A stretch of DNA of 64,000 nt from an uncultured delta proteobacterium. GTDB taxonomy: Bacteria > Myxococcota_A > UBA9160 > SMWR01. Made by a program: the position numbers and the translations under genes. Shown in pieces: positions 25,954 to 34,427 of the stretch; positions within the stretch are counted from its first letter, which is position 1; the number at the start of each line of letters is the position of its first letter. The DNA is taken from assembly GCA_963832165.1 (NCBI GenBank), contig CAWHTE010000011.1:320001-384000 (forward strand). The letters are read 5' to 3'. Below the pieces are notes generated by a model. It had not been told where the DNA came from. It searched no databases and saw only the letters and a program-made list of their open reading frames with translations.

Positions 25954-26907
25954 TCAGCCACGCTGGCCTTCGGCGAGCGCGAGGCCCTCTCGCACCTTCC
26001 GCTTGAGCAGGTCGACGTATGCGGCGCCCTTCTCGTCGCTGTAGCCGCCGGCGCGGAACGCGTCGCGCCATTGCCGGTCGCTGAGCCGATCGAGGCGACG
26101 GCAGGTCCACAGCACGTCATCGACGGTGATGTCGTCGTCGACCCCCGCGTTCAGCAACAGCGGCCGGAAGTGGAGGTCGACACGGTCGCTCTTCACGCTT
26201 CGGATGAAACCCTCCTGCTTGAAGCCTGCGAGGTCATCCTGCGTGCCGAAGAAAATGCGTACGGAGCGGCCGAACGAGTCCCCGAGGTCCTTCACCACGT
26301 AGAGCCGCGCGGGATTGCCACCTTTCGCCTCGTAGATCTTGTTGTTCGACGTCTTGAGATCCCAGGAATTGAGGATCGCCATCATCACGACGAGTCCGCG
26401 CAGCTCGCGCGTGCCGACGAACGGGTTGTCCTGCCAGTCCCACTCGCCGCCCTTCTTCCACTCTTTCTGCTCGAGCCGGAAGCGCGCCTCCGGCTGAGGA
26501 CCGGCCTCGGCACCGCTCGCGATCCGCCACTCGCGCACGTAGTAGACGGGCGGCTGATGGAAGCCGATCGCCCAGAGCAGTCGAGAGGCGGTCACTTCGG
26601 ACTGCGCTTCCGCGCCGAGCTTCGCGTCCCAGATCTGGCCGCTCGGATCCTTGACTTCGAGGTTGGTGCTCACCCCGCTCTCGTCGCGCTTGAGGAACTG
26701 GTATGCGGCGTCTGCGTGCGGGGCGCGTGCGGCCCCTCCCACGCCGTAGAAGAGATCGCGCGCGGGGATGTTCGGATTCGCGTCGACCAATTGCTCGACC
26801 GGCGGCCGATCCGAATCGGGTGAGCGTGACTCGCGCGCGAACAGCTGGCAGGCCATACACGCGAATATGGCGACCATGGTCACACCGCAGGCTACTGATC
26901 GTTGCAT
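25954..26907 (-). CDS. Exported atypical protein-kinase-fold protein (probable lipoprotein)
   Basis: Signal peptide with Cys; WDAKLG (Lys), AQSEV (Glu), WDLKTSNN (DxKxxN), VKDLG (DFG-like). Confidence 0.6.
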   Translation of the reverse strand: MQRSVACGVTMVAIFACMACQLFARESRSPDSDRPPVEQLVDANPNIPARDLFYGVGGAARAPHADAAYQFLKRDESGVSTNLEVKDPSGQIWDAKLGAEAQSEVTASRLLWAIGFHQPPVYYVREWRIASGAEAGPQPEARFRLEQKEWKKGGEWDWQDNPFVGTRELRGLVVMMAILNSWDLKTSNNKIYEAKGGNPARLYVVKDLGDSFGRSVRIFFGTQDDLAGFKQEGFIRSVKSDRVDLHFRPLLLNAGVDDDITVDDVLWTCRRLDRLSDRQWRDAFRAGGYSDEKGAAYVDLLKRKVREGLALAEGQRG

Positions 26908-26989
26908 GGAAGAACCTCCCAGCGATTCTCGCGCAGCAAACGGCGTTAATCCGGCCCGGTCGACACGAATCCTTGTTTCTAGGGCGCGC

Positions 26990-27009
26990 GTTCCCCAGAT
27001 CCGGGGTAT
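26990..27009. promoter_or_regulatory. Island 20-bp palindromic box
   Basis: GTTCCC-CA-GATC-CG-GGGTAT. Confidence 0.6.
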
Positions 27010-27093
27010 CGCCGGAGGGGTGAGCGAGAGATCCTCGCCCCGAATCCGGTATCGACGGGCGGATTGTCGATTCTCGACCCGATCTGCGGGGAG

Positions 27094-27209
27094 ATGCAGG
27101 TGGAATCGCTCGGTGCGACCCGGATCGTCCCGGCCGCGAGCTACATGGCTTTCGCCGGCCCCTCGAAGCGCTCGCGATGGGGTGGAGCAGAGGCGGCTCG
27201 AAGCAGACA
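27094..27209 (+). pseudogene. 5' fragment of a third copy of the orphan histidine kinase gene (cf. 28803-28920)
   Basis: Near-identical GGAATCGCTCGGTG-GACCCGGATCGTCCCGGCC...GGGGTGGAGCAGAGGCGGCTCGAAGCAGAC. Confidence 0.75.
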
Positions 27210-27234
27210 ACTACCCTCCTAACAGGAGTACGGA

Positions 27235-27399
27235 ATGAAATCCTGGATCAAGGTGATGGCGTTTATCGGCGTGATCGGTGTGGTGGCGGGATGTCCGCAG
27301 CGAGAGAACACCATCGGAGATAAGGTCGAGGACGCTGCTGAGGACGCCGGCGACGCGGTCGAAGAGGCGGGTGAAGATCTTGGTGAGGCGATCGACTAA
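27235..27399 (+). CDS. Small acidic lipoprotein, 54 aa (copy 2, inverted relative to copy 1)
   Basis: MKSWIKVMAFIGVIGVVAGC-PQRENTIGDKVEDAAEDAGDAVEEAGEDLGEAID. Confidence 0.8.
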   Translation: MKSWIKVMAFIGVIGVVAGCPQRENTIGDKVEDAAEDAGDAVEEAGEDLGEAID

Positions 27400-27409
27400 C
27401 GCTGTCAAG

Positions 27410-27628
27410 CGCGCGGTGGCGTGCGAGCGGCGAGCCCGGTGAGGCCGGCAACGGCGCGGCGGAGATCGGGATAAGTATCGTCGGCCCCCGCTTTGCCGAG
27501 CCGCTCCCGGCGCGCGCTGAATTCGGCGTCCTCCGGCTGCCACAACCCGACGAGACCTTCATGCTCATCGCCGGCGCAGACCCTCCCCATAGCCACGTCC
27601 AGAAGAGCGCCGAGACGATGACGGCCAG
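27410..27628. pseudogene. Scrambled remnant made of three fragments of the AI-2E gene
   Basis: 27410-27554 = 38028-38163 (+9-nt insert); 27554-27582 = reverse complement of 39207-39235; 27582-27628 = 38780-38826. Confidence 0.85.
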
Positions 27629-27671
27629 ACGCCCCGTGTTTCGCAGGGGGCCTGCTGCGCACGATCATCGG

Positions 27672-27896
27672 CTACCGATTCGTGAGCAGCAAGAACATCG
27701 CCACCACCGATGCGACCACGGTACTGGCGAACACGGCGGCGACGTTGAGGCGGACGATCTGCTTCACAGCCGCCGCGGCAATGACATCATCGTGAAAGCC
27801 TTGATCAACTTCATGGGGGCTGATCCTGGGTTTCGAAATCGGGGATTCATCGATTGCGCGAATGATGAGTTGCGGAGGATGGGCAACTCGTTTCAC
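27672..27896 (-). CDS. Small hypothetical protein with C-terminal TM helix
   Basis: 74 aa from a GTG; hydrophobic tail VAAVFASTVVASVVAMFLLL. Confidence 0.35.
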   Translation of the reverse strand: MKRVAHPPQLIIRAIDESPISKPRISPHEVDQGFHDDVIAAAAVKQIVRLNVAAVFASTVVASVVAMFLLLTNR

Positions 27897-27980
27897 TGAT
27901 TTCGCGAGGAGTTCGAGGTATAGCGGGTTGACTGCCGCCCGCGAGCCGCCTGGTCGGAAATACCATCCTTTGCGGACAAA

Positions 27981-28000
27981 CATCCCCAGGAATCGGGATG
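27981..28000. promoter_or_regulatory. Variant island box (perfect arms, non-GATC centre) in a divergent promoter
   Basis: CATCCC-CA-GGAA-TC-GGGATG, with additional half-sites nearby. Confidence 0.5.
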
Positions 28001-28173
28001 GATCTAGGGGATGAACATCCCCAAGATCAAATCGCGGGGCCCTCAAGGAGGACACCCCAGAGGCGCCGACGTTTCGGGAAGCCGTCGTCGCGGCGATCGC
28101 CAACCGCACCGAGAAGGCGCACACGCCTTCGCACACGCCGTCCGTGGACGGCCCAAAAAAGAGAAGTACAACC

Positions 28174-28542
28174 ATGACCAAGAACCTCATCCGAATCTGC
28201 GGCCTGACCTTTCTGAGTGTGTTGCTATTTGCTCCGCATGTACTCGCGCAGGGCGCTGTGGAGGAGAAGACCGAGAAGACCACCACGACTACCACGACCA
28301 CAACGACCACTGGGACCGTCAGTGAGTTCACCCCGGACGGCATCGTGATCAGAACGACGACGTCGTCTGCTCCGGTCACCTATTCGTCCACGAAGACCAC
28401 GACCTACGTCGACGAGAGCGGGAAGCCCGTCGCGGTCGAGACCGTGAAAACCGGCGTTCCGGTGACCGTGTATTACAGCAAGGACGGAGACAAGATGGTG
28501 GCCACCAAGGTCGTCGTGAAAAAGACGACCACGCTTCCGTAA
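28174..28542 (+). CDS. Small secreted Thr-rich beta protein (OB-fold-like)
   Basis: Signal peptide ending VLA-Q, poly-Thr linker, GTVSEF...GVPVTVYY...ATKVVV. Confidence 0.75.
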   Translation: MTKNLIRICGLTFLSVLLFAPHVLAQGAVEEKTEKTTTTTTTTTTTGTVSEFTPDGIVIRTTTSSAPVTYSSTKTTTYVDESGKPVAVETVKTGVPVTVYYSKDGDKMVATKVVVKKTTTLP

Positions 28543-28696
28543 AGGCCGCGTAGAGACTCCTCGCGCGGGCGCTCGGCCCGCGCGAAGTGACCCGTCCGTG
28601 CTCTCCGAGCGCGAGAGGGAAGTTCTGCAGCTCCTGACCGAGCTCGAAGGCTGAATCCCCCCGCGACGCCCACGAATCCTCGGCTCCAAACCGCAG

Positions 28697-28716
28697 AATC
28701 CCCAGATCCGGGGATG
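28697..28716. promoter_or_regulatory. Island 20-bp palindromic box upstream of orphan kinase 1
   Basis: AATCCC-CA-GATC-CG-GGGATG. Confidence 0.65.
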
Positions 28717-28809
28717 GTCGACGGCGGGGTTGCGGAGAGATCATCGACCCGAAGCTGATCGACGGGGGGGGCGCCGATCCACGACCCGAGGCGCCAGGGG
28801 GAATGCAGG

Positions 28810-29661
28810 ATGGAATCGCTCGGTGTGACCCGGATCGTCCCGGCCCCGAGCTACACGGCTGTCGCCTGCCCCTCCGGGAACGCTCGCGGTGGGGTGGAGC
28901 AGAGGCGGCTCGAAGCAGACCGCGAGCAACTCCTCGAGATCGCTCTGCGCGCGGTTGCCGAGGCGCAAGCGTCGAGTCGCTCCAAGGACGAGTTCCTGGC
29001 AATGCTCGGTCACGAGCTGCGCAACTCGCTGTCGACCGTCCGGAACGCGGTCGCCTGTGTCCGGCTCGACAGCAGACAGTCCGAGCGAGCGCTGGACATC
29101 GCATGGCGGCAGACGGAGCAGCTCGGTCGGCTGGTCGAAGACCTCCTCGACGTCACGCAGATCGCGCAGGGTTGCTTCCGACTGAACCGGCAACGGGTCG
29201 CTCTGATGGAGATCATCGAGCATGCCGTGGAGGCAATGCGCTTTCTCGTCGAGGACCGCGGTCACACGCTGTCTGTGTCGCCGCCACTCGAGCTCGTTCG
29301 CGTCGATGGCGATCCACGGCGCCTCGAGCAGATCGTCGTGAACCTGATCATCAACGCCGCGAAGTACACGGATCGCGGCGGACGCATCGAGCTGCTCGTG
29401 GAGCGCCACGGCGCCGAGGCTGTGGTTCGCGTCCGGGACAGCGGGATCGGGATCTCACCGGACTTGCTGCCGCGGATCTTCGACTTCTATGTCCGGGGCG
29501 AGCGCACACCCGATCACATGCAGGGTGGACTCGGCATCGGCCTCGCAGTGGTGCGAAGCCTGGTTGCGTTGCACGGCGGTCGGGTCGAGGCGCGCAGCGA
29601 GGGGCTCGGAAAGGGTGCGGAGTTCGTAGTGCGTCTACCCGCCGTCCCGACGGCGTCCTGA
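28810..29661 (+). CDS. Sensor-less histidine kinase (HisKA-HATPase), copy 1
   Basis: FLAMLGHELRN, NAAKYT, RDSGIGI, GGLGIGL. Confidence 0.85.
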   Translation: MESLGVTRIVPAPSYTAVACPSGNARGGVEQRRLEADREQLLEIALRAVAEAQASSRSKDEFLAMLGHELRNSLSTVRNAVACVRLDSRQSERALDIAWRQTEQLGRLVEDLLDVTQIAQGCFRLNRQRVALMEIIEHAVEAMRFLVEDRGHTLSVSPPLELVRVDGDPRRLEQIVVNLIINAAKYTDRGGRIELLVERHGAEAVVRVRDSGIGISPDLLPRIFDFYVRGERTPDHMQGGLGIGLAVVRSLVALHGGRVEARSEGLGKGAEFVVRLPAVPTAS

Positions 29662-29769
29662 ATCCCGGGAATAAATCGACGATGTCCATTCGTGAAGCGT
29701 CGTCCGTTCTACGGAAGCGGAATCTCGCATCTGCGCCGAGCCGAGCCTCCTGGATGCTGGGCCTCGTGA

Positions 29770-30228
29770 ATGTGTAGTACGGCCCCTTCTCCCCCATTTC
29801 GCGAGCGGACGCAGGATCACGGGTGTCTTCGGGTGCTCGTCGTCGACAACGACCCCGACGCGGCCGACAGCTTGATGATGCTGTTGCGGGTTTTGGGGCA
29901 TCAGGTGCGCGTCGCTCGGGATGGCCCGACCGCCCTTCGGCTCGCTTGCGAGGACGTACCGGATCTGATGCTCGTCGACGTCGGACTTCCTGGCATGGAC
30001 GGATGCGAGCTGGCACGCCGCGCCCGACAGATGCGCGAGACCCGAGAGGTCGTGCTGGTGGCGTTCACCGGCTACGGACGCGACGAAGACCGTCACCGCA
30101 CGCTCGGTTCGGGCTTCGATCTTCACCTGACGAAGCCCGTGGATCCGGAGGACTTGCGGGAGCTACTCGCGCATCCGGCGGCCTTGCGGGAGCTGCTCGC
30201 GCGCCGCACAGGAGCCATCCGTCCCTGA
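29770..30228 (+). CDS. Single-domain response regulator (receiver)
   Basis: VLVVDN, VDVGLPGMDG, AFTGYG, HLTKP. Confidence 0.8.
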   Translation: MCSTAPSPPFRERTQDHGCLRVLVVDNDPDAADSLMMLLRVLGHQVRVARDGPTALRLACEDVPDLMLVDVGLPGMDGCELARRARQMRETREVVLVAFTGYGRDEDRHRTLGSGFDLHLTKPVDPEDLRELLAHPAALRELLARRTGAIRP

Positions 30229-30303
30229 CGGCCGGCTTTCGATAGGTCCCGCCGCGGCGGCAGGCTGGCGCTGAGCACCCGAGCCGGCGGTGGGTGCGCC
30301 GAC

Positions 30304-30392
30304 GGTCGCGAATCCTCACTTCTGGTCCACGATCTCCGTGGTGTCGACGATATGAGGCGATCCCACATCGCAGTAGGTTCGAATCGGGAACA
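30304..30392 (+). repeat. Copy of the noncoding leader element
   Basis: Aligns with 55097-55185 and the reverse complement of 24365-24426. Confidence 0.75.
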
Positions 30393-30558
30393 TCGAACCT
30401 GATAGGAACGGGAGCACTGCCCGGAGCCGAGAACTCAGGGACTGTCGGAGGAGCGAATGCTGTCCGGAGCCGAGAACCGACCCGTGATCACGGCGGCTGG
30501 AGGCGCGAAGGCCGCCGGCGCTGCCGGGGTGGCGCTCGCCAACCCCAAAGGACGCATC

Positions 30559-30774
30559 ATGCCTGAAATCATCGCAGTCATCCTGGTGACGCTTTGGCTT
30601 CTGGGTCTCCTCTCGTCCTACATGATGGGGGGATACGTTCACGTTCTCCTCGGGATTGCCGTCGCAGTGGTGATGGTCCGCGTGATTCATGAGGAAGCGC
30701 TCGAGCCGTCCGATTTCCTCTGTATGCCGGACGACCCGAGAAGCTCTAACCCGAGCGTCACCGAGTGGAAGTGA
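30559..30774 (+). CDS. lmo0937/DUF5670-family small membrane protein
   Basis: IAVILVTLWLLG-SSYMMGGYVHVLL. Confidence 0.75.
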   Translation: MPEIIAVILVTLWLLGLLSSYMMGGYVHVLLGIAVAVVMVRVIHEEALEPSDFLCMPDDPRSSNPSVTEWK

Positions 30775-30936
30775 ATCGTCGCCCCTTCGGAATCCCCCTG
30801 ACGCCGATCAAGCCTCGGGGGCTCGCTGGGGTGCGGCTCGGCACAGTGGGACGCCAGAGTGGCAGAGCCACCCGGAGGTCGTGCGATGCCTGAGAACCGC
30901 CCCTCGCCGTCATGGCGATTGCGTCGCAAAGAGGAC

Positions 30937-31320
30937 GTGGCATCGACGCAACTTCACGAATCGGCCGACGCGCTGCGCGCCGAGACGCGCGAGATGCATC
31001 GCGCGTTGCGCTCCCTGATCGAGGAGCTCGACGCGGTCGACTGGTACGCGCAGCGTATAGACGCGAGCGACGACGCAGAGCTCGCCGCCGTTCTCGCGCA
31101 CAATCGCGACGAGGAGAAGGAGCACGCGTGCATGGTGCTCGAGTGGATCCGCCGCCACGACGCGAAACTCGACGAGTTCCTGAGGCGGTTCTTGTTCTCG
31201 GACGGCCCGATCGCGAATGACGAAGACGAGAGTGCCAGCGGCAACTCGCGCCGGAGCTCTAGAGAGAATGGGAGCCTGCGCATCGGGAGCCTGCGCGCGG
31301 CAGAAGCGGAGGCGGGATGA
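30937..31320 (+). CDS. Encapsulin-associated ferritin-like protein (Flp/EncFtn) with targeting peptide
   Basis: SLIEELDAVDWY-QR, HNRDEEKEH-LEWIRR; C-terminal GSLRIGSLR. Confidence 0.92.
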   Translation: MASTQLHESADALRAETREMHRALRSLIEELDAVDWYAQRIDASDDAELAAVLAHNRDEEKEHACMVLEWIRRHDAKLDEFLRRFLFSDGPIANDEDESASGNSRRSSRENGSLRIGSLRAAEAEAG

Positions 31321-32138
31321 TCGGTCTGAACCGCGAGCTCGCGCCGATCAGTGAAGGCGGCTGGGCGCGCATCGAGCAGGAGGCGCGCAACGTCCTGCAT
31401 CTGCACCTCGCCGCGCGGCGTCTCGTCGACTTCGAGGGCCCGCTCGGCTGGGAGCACTCCGCGGTCGATCTCGGGCGCGTGGAGCCGCTCGCGGGCTTCG
31501 AGCGCTCGAGAGCCTCGTTTCGCCGGCGAGTCGTGCGGCCGATGATCGAGTTGCGGGTTCCCTTCGAGCTCGAACGCTCGGAGCTCGAGCGGATCGATCG
31601 CGGCGCGGCGAGCGTCGACCTCGATGCGCTGCGCGACGCCGCGCGAATGTTTGCCGCCGCCGAAGATTCTGCGCTGTTCGACGGTCACGAGGAAGCGGAC
31701 ATCCCCGGGCTGATCAGCGGCGCCGCGAATCCGGGCGTCGCGCTCCCGGCCGACCCGGCCCTGCTGCCCGGCGCCGTGGGCGAAGCGCTCGAACAGCTGC
31801 GCCAGGCGGGCGTCGGCGGCCCGTACGGTGTGGCGCTCGGCCCGACGGCGTTCGCCTCGCTCTCGCGCACTGTCGGCGACGGTGGCTATCCGGTCATGAA
31901 GCACCTCCGGCAGCTGATCGATCGCCCGGTGGTCTGGGCTCCGTCGCTGGCCGGCGGGATCGCGGTGAGCCTGCGCGGCGGCGACTTCAAGCTGATCTGC
32001 GGCCGAGACGCCGCGATCGGATATCTGAGCCACGACGAGAAACAGGTCCGCCTCTATCTCGAGGAGAGCTTCAGCGCCGAGCTGACCGGTCCCGAAGCGG
32101 CGGTGCCGCTGCTCTCCGCGAAGAACGGCGACGAATAA
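31317..32138 (+). CDS. Family 1 encapsulin shell protein (Linocin M18 family)
   Basis: LNRELAPIS-W-IE-AR, RRLVDFEGPLG, ELRVPFEL, AEDSALFDG, G-D-IGY, LYLEESF. Confidence 0.93.
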   Translation: MIGLNRELAPISEGGWARIEQEARNVLHLHLAARRLVDFEGPLGWEHSAVDLGRVEPLAGFERSRASFRRRVVRPMIELRVPFELERSELERIDRGAASVDLDALRDAARMFAAAEDSALFDGHEEADIPGLISGAANPGVALPADPALLPGAVGEALEQLRQAGVGGPYGVALGPTAFASLSRTVGDGGYPVMKHLRQLIDRPVVWAPSLAGGIAVSLRGGDFKLICGRDAAIGYLSHDEKQVRLYLEESFSAELTGPEAAVPLLSAKNGDE

Positions 32139-32170
32139 CTAGCGCTCGTCGAGAAGATGGGGAGAGCATC

Positions 32171-32899
32171 ATGAAGTTCGAAATACCTCCGCTGCCGTAT
32201 CCCAAGAACGCGCTGGCGCCGTTCATCGGCGCCGAGACCGTGGAGCTGCACTATGAGAAGCACCACAAGGGCTATCTCGAGAAGCTGAACAAGCTAGTGC
32301 GCGGCGAGCCCGAAGCGGCGCAGAGCCTCGAGGAGCTGATTCAAACCGCGCGCGGCGACGTGTTCAACAACGCGGCGCAGTTGTGGAACCACAACTTCTA
32401 TTGGCTGAGCCTCCAACCGGGCGGCGGAGGCGAGCCGGTCGCGGATCTCGCGAAGCAGGTCGACGAGTCGTTCGGATCCTATGCCGGCTTCCGCGCGCAG
32501 TTCGCCGAGGCCGCGATTGGAGAATTCGGATCGGGGTGGACGTGGCTGGTAAAGGGCGTCGGCGGGCGGCTGCTCGTGTGCAACAGCAACGACGCCGAGA
32601 ATCCGCTGCAGCGCGACCTCGTGCCGCTCGTGACGCTCGACGTCTGGGAGCACGCCTACTACCTGGACTACCGAAACGAACGCAAGCGCTACGTCGAAAA
32701 ATTCCTCGATAACCTGCTCAGTTGGGACTTCGTCGCGACCAATCTGACGCTGGCGCCTCCGGCCGATGAGGGCCTGGACATCCAGGGCGAGGGCAACCCG
32801 GAAGCGGATGCGCGCTATCGCGCGGGAGCGACGGCATTCGCGAAATCGAGTCGCATGAAGCCGGCGGCCAAGCGGGCCGCGCGCTCGCTGCGCAGTTGA
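32171..32899 (+). CDS. sodB: Fe superoxide dismutase with a ~45-aa C-terminal extension
   Basis: HYEKHH, NNAAQLWNHNFYW (Fe-type AAQ), FGSGW, DVWEHAYY. Confidence 0.9.
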   Translation: MKFEIPPLPYPKNALAPFIGAETVELHYEKHHKGYLEKLNKLVRGEPEAAQSLEELIQTARGDVFNNAAQLWNHNFYWLSLQPGGGGEPVADLAKQVDESFGSYAGFRAQFAEAAIGEFGSGWTWLVKGVGGRLLVCNSNDAENPLQRDLVPLVTLDVWEHAYYLDYRNERKRYVEKFLDNLLSWDFVATNLTLAPPADEGLDIQGEGNPEADARYRAGATAFAKSSRMKPAAKRAARSLRS

Positions 32900-32968
32900 C
32901 GATCGGTCAATTACAAGGACTGGATCGCGAGAATGGATTTCTTCGTCGTGCCGAACGTCCGCTTCCAG

Positions 32969-32989
32969 ATCCTCCATCTCGGGGAGGAT
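32969..32989. terminator. Possible hairpin between convergent genes
   Basis: ATCCTCC-N7-GGAGGAT; no clear U-tract. Confidence 0.3.
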
Positions 32990-33049
32990 GGGGATCGGTA
33001 AATAGCCTTACGCCAACTAACCCTGTAGGGGGTCGAAGGCCAGCAAGCG

Positions 33050-33130
33050 CTAGCGGCGGAAGCGAGAATATCCCCATCCGCCACCACCGAGCAAGAACAC
33101 CACCAGAAGAACGATCAGTAGAGTTTCCAT
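33050..33130 (-). CDS. 26-aa single-TM Gly-rich microprotein
   Basis: METLLIVLLVVFLLGGGGWGYSRFRR; GAGGTG RBS; box upstream. Confidence 0.7.
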   Translation of the reverse strand: METLLIVLLVVFLLGGGGWGYSRFRR

Positions 33131-33198
33131 GAATCACCTCGCTCACGAGCAGCAGCTCGTCGTCGCTGGTGATTCTCCTGAAACAGCGACGCCGCTGG

Positions 33199-33218
33199 AA
33201 TCCCCAGGTCCATGGATA
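33199..33218. promoter_or_regulatory. Island 20-bp box (one central mismatch)
   Basis: AATCCC-CA-GGTC-CA-TGGATA. Confidence 0.55.
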
Positions 33219-33518
33219 TCTCATGCAGGAAGCCTGGATTCGAGGCCTCGCTCCGCCGTCCGTGGTTGGTAGGGGCCACATCGAACCAGCGCAGCAGCCT
33301 GGGAAGACTCCCGATCGCTTAGTGCGGGCATTGGTGATCCACGATCTGGGCGCGCTTCAGCTTGAAGACTCTCACCCATTCATTGACCGTCGCGGGCGGA
33401 GCATCCGGGTTGTGCTTGGGTCGGCCGACCGCCGTGTCACGCGCGCCACCTCGAAGAGATCGCGCAACTGAGCGTCGGTCAGCTGGAACTGGCGGGGAGA
33501 ACGCAGGAGTCGCCACAC

Positions 33519-34427
33519 TCAGGGCCACTTGTAGAGCGTGATCATCGCCGGCAGTTGTTCAGTCTCGTCACTCACGATGAGAATGCTGTCCTTCGTGATC
33601 GCGACACCTTCAGGGTGGTGGTGCAGCGCGGGGAGCGGATGCGCGAACACCACCGCTCCTGCCGGCGTGATCGCGATCAGCGCTTTCTCCTCCGACGCAA
33701 TGAGCACATAGTTGCCTGTCAGCGGGTCGATGCTGATGTCAGAGGGATGCAGGGTCTTCCACCCGTTCGTTCCAATGATGGTGGCGAGGGGAACCGTGAG
33801 CTTCGACAGGCGCGCGCCGCTATCACTCTTCAGGCTCCAGCGGTAGATGACGAGCGCGTCGCGGAGGTCTTCGTTGCTTACCTGCTTGCACGCCAGCAGC
33901 AGCGAGTTGATGCTGGGATCGAATGCGACGCCCTCGAATTCGCATTCCTTTTGCAGCCCGGTATCGAGCACCTTGTAATCGACATGGGCGCCGTTCGCGC
34001 CTTCGGGGAACTCATAGAGCTTGCCGTTGCTGGCAAGCAGGAAGATCACGTCGTTTGCGATCGTAATCCCCTCGAAATCGCCCTTCACCACCCCTTTGCC
34101 GAGGGAAAACCGCTTCACCAGGATCCCGCGACGGTAGTCGACCTCCCAGACCTGACCCTGCTCATCGTTGTGCACCAGCAGCCGGCCGTCGCTCGTCAGC
34201 GCAAGTCCCGAGATCTCCTGGAGCGCGTGCGGGAGCAACCATTCTGCGAGCGGGGCTGCGCGCCCGATACTGGCGTTGTCGTCAGCAAGCGCCTTTTCCA
34301 AACGCGTCTCGCGGGCCACCGCCGTCGGACTGGCGATGACTGCCGACAGATCATCCTGGGCGGCCTCACACGCCGCTCCTGCGAGCAGGCAAATAGCCAA
34401 CGACGCTGGGCGTCGAGCACTGCTCAT
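33519..34427 (-). CDS. SdiA-regulated/YjiK-like beta-propeller lipoprotein
   Basis: Lipobox LAGAAC; EISGL, HNDE, DFEGI, EFEGV, HPEGV repeats. Confidence 0.75.
   Translation of the reverse strand: MSSARRPASLAICLLAGAACEAAQDDLSAVIASPTAVARETRLEKALADDNASIGRAAPLAEWLLPHALQEISGLALTSDGRLLVHNDEQGQVWEVDYRRGILVKRFSLGKGVVKGDFEGITIANDVIFLLASNGKLYEFPEGANGAHVDYKVLDTGLQKECEFEGVAFDPSINSLLLACKQVSNEDLRDALVIYRWSLKSDSGARLSKLTVPLATIIGTNGWKTLHPSDISIDPLTGNYVLIASEEKALIAITPAGAVVFAHPLPALHHHPEGVAITKDSILIVSDETEQLPAMITLYKWP

Noticed and set aside
28276..28312. ACC/ACG trinucleotide-like run
   Set aside because: Encodes a poly-Thr linker with mixed codons; not a contingency repeat
30373..30392. GGTTCGAATC (also near 55168) resembling a tRNA T-loop or att remnant of tRNA-Pro
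   Set aside because: Flanks do not form a T-stem and do not match the tRNA-Pro 3' end beyond 10 nt
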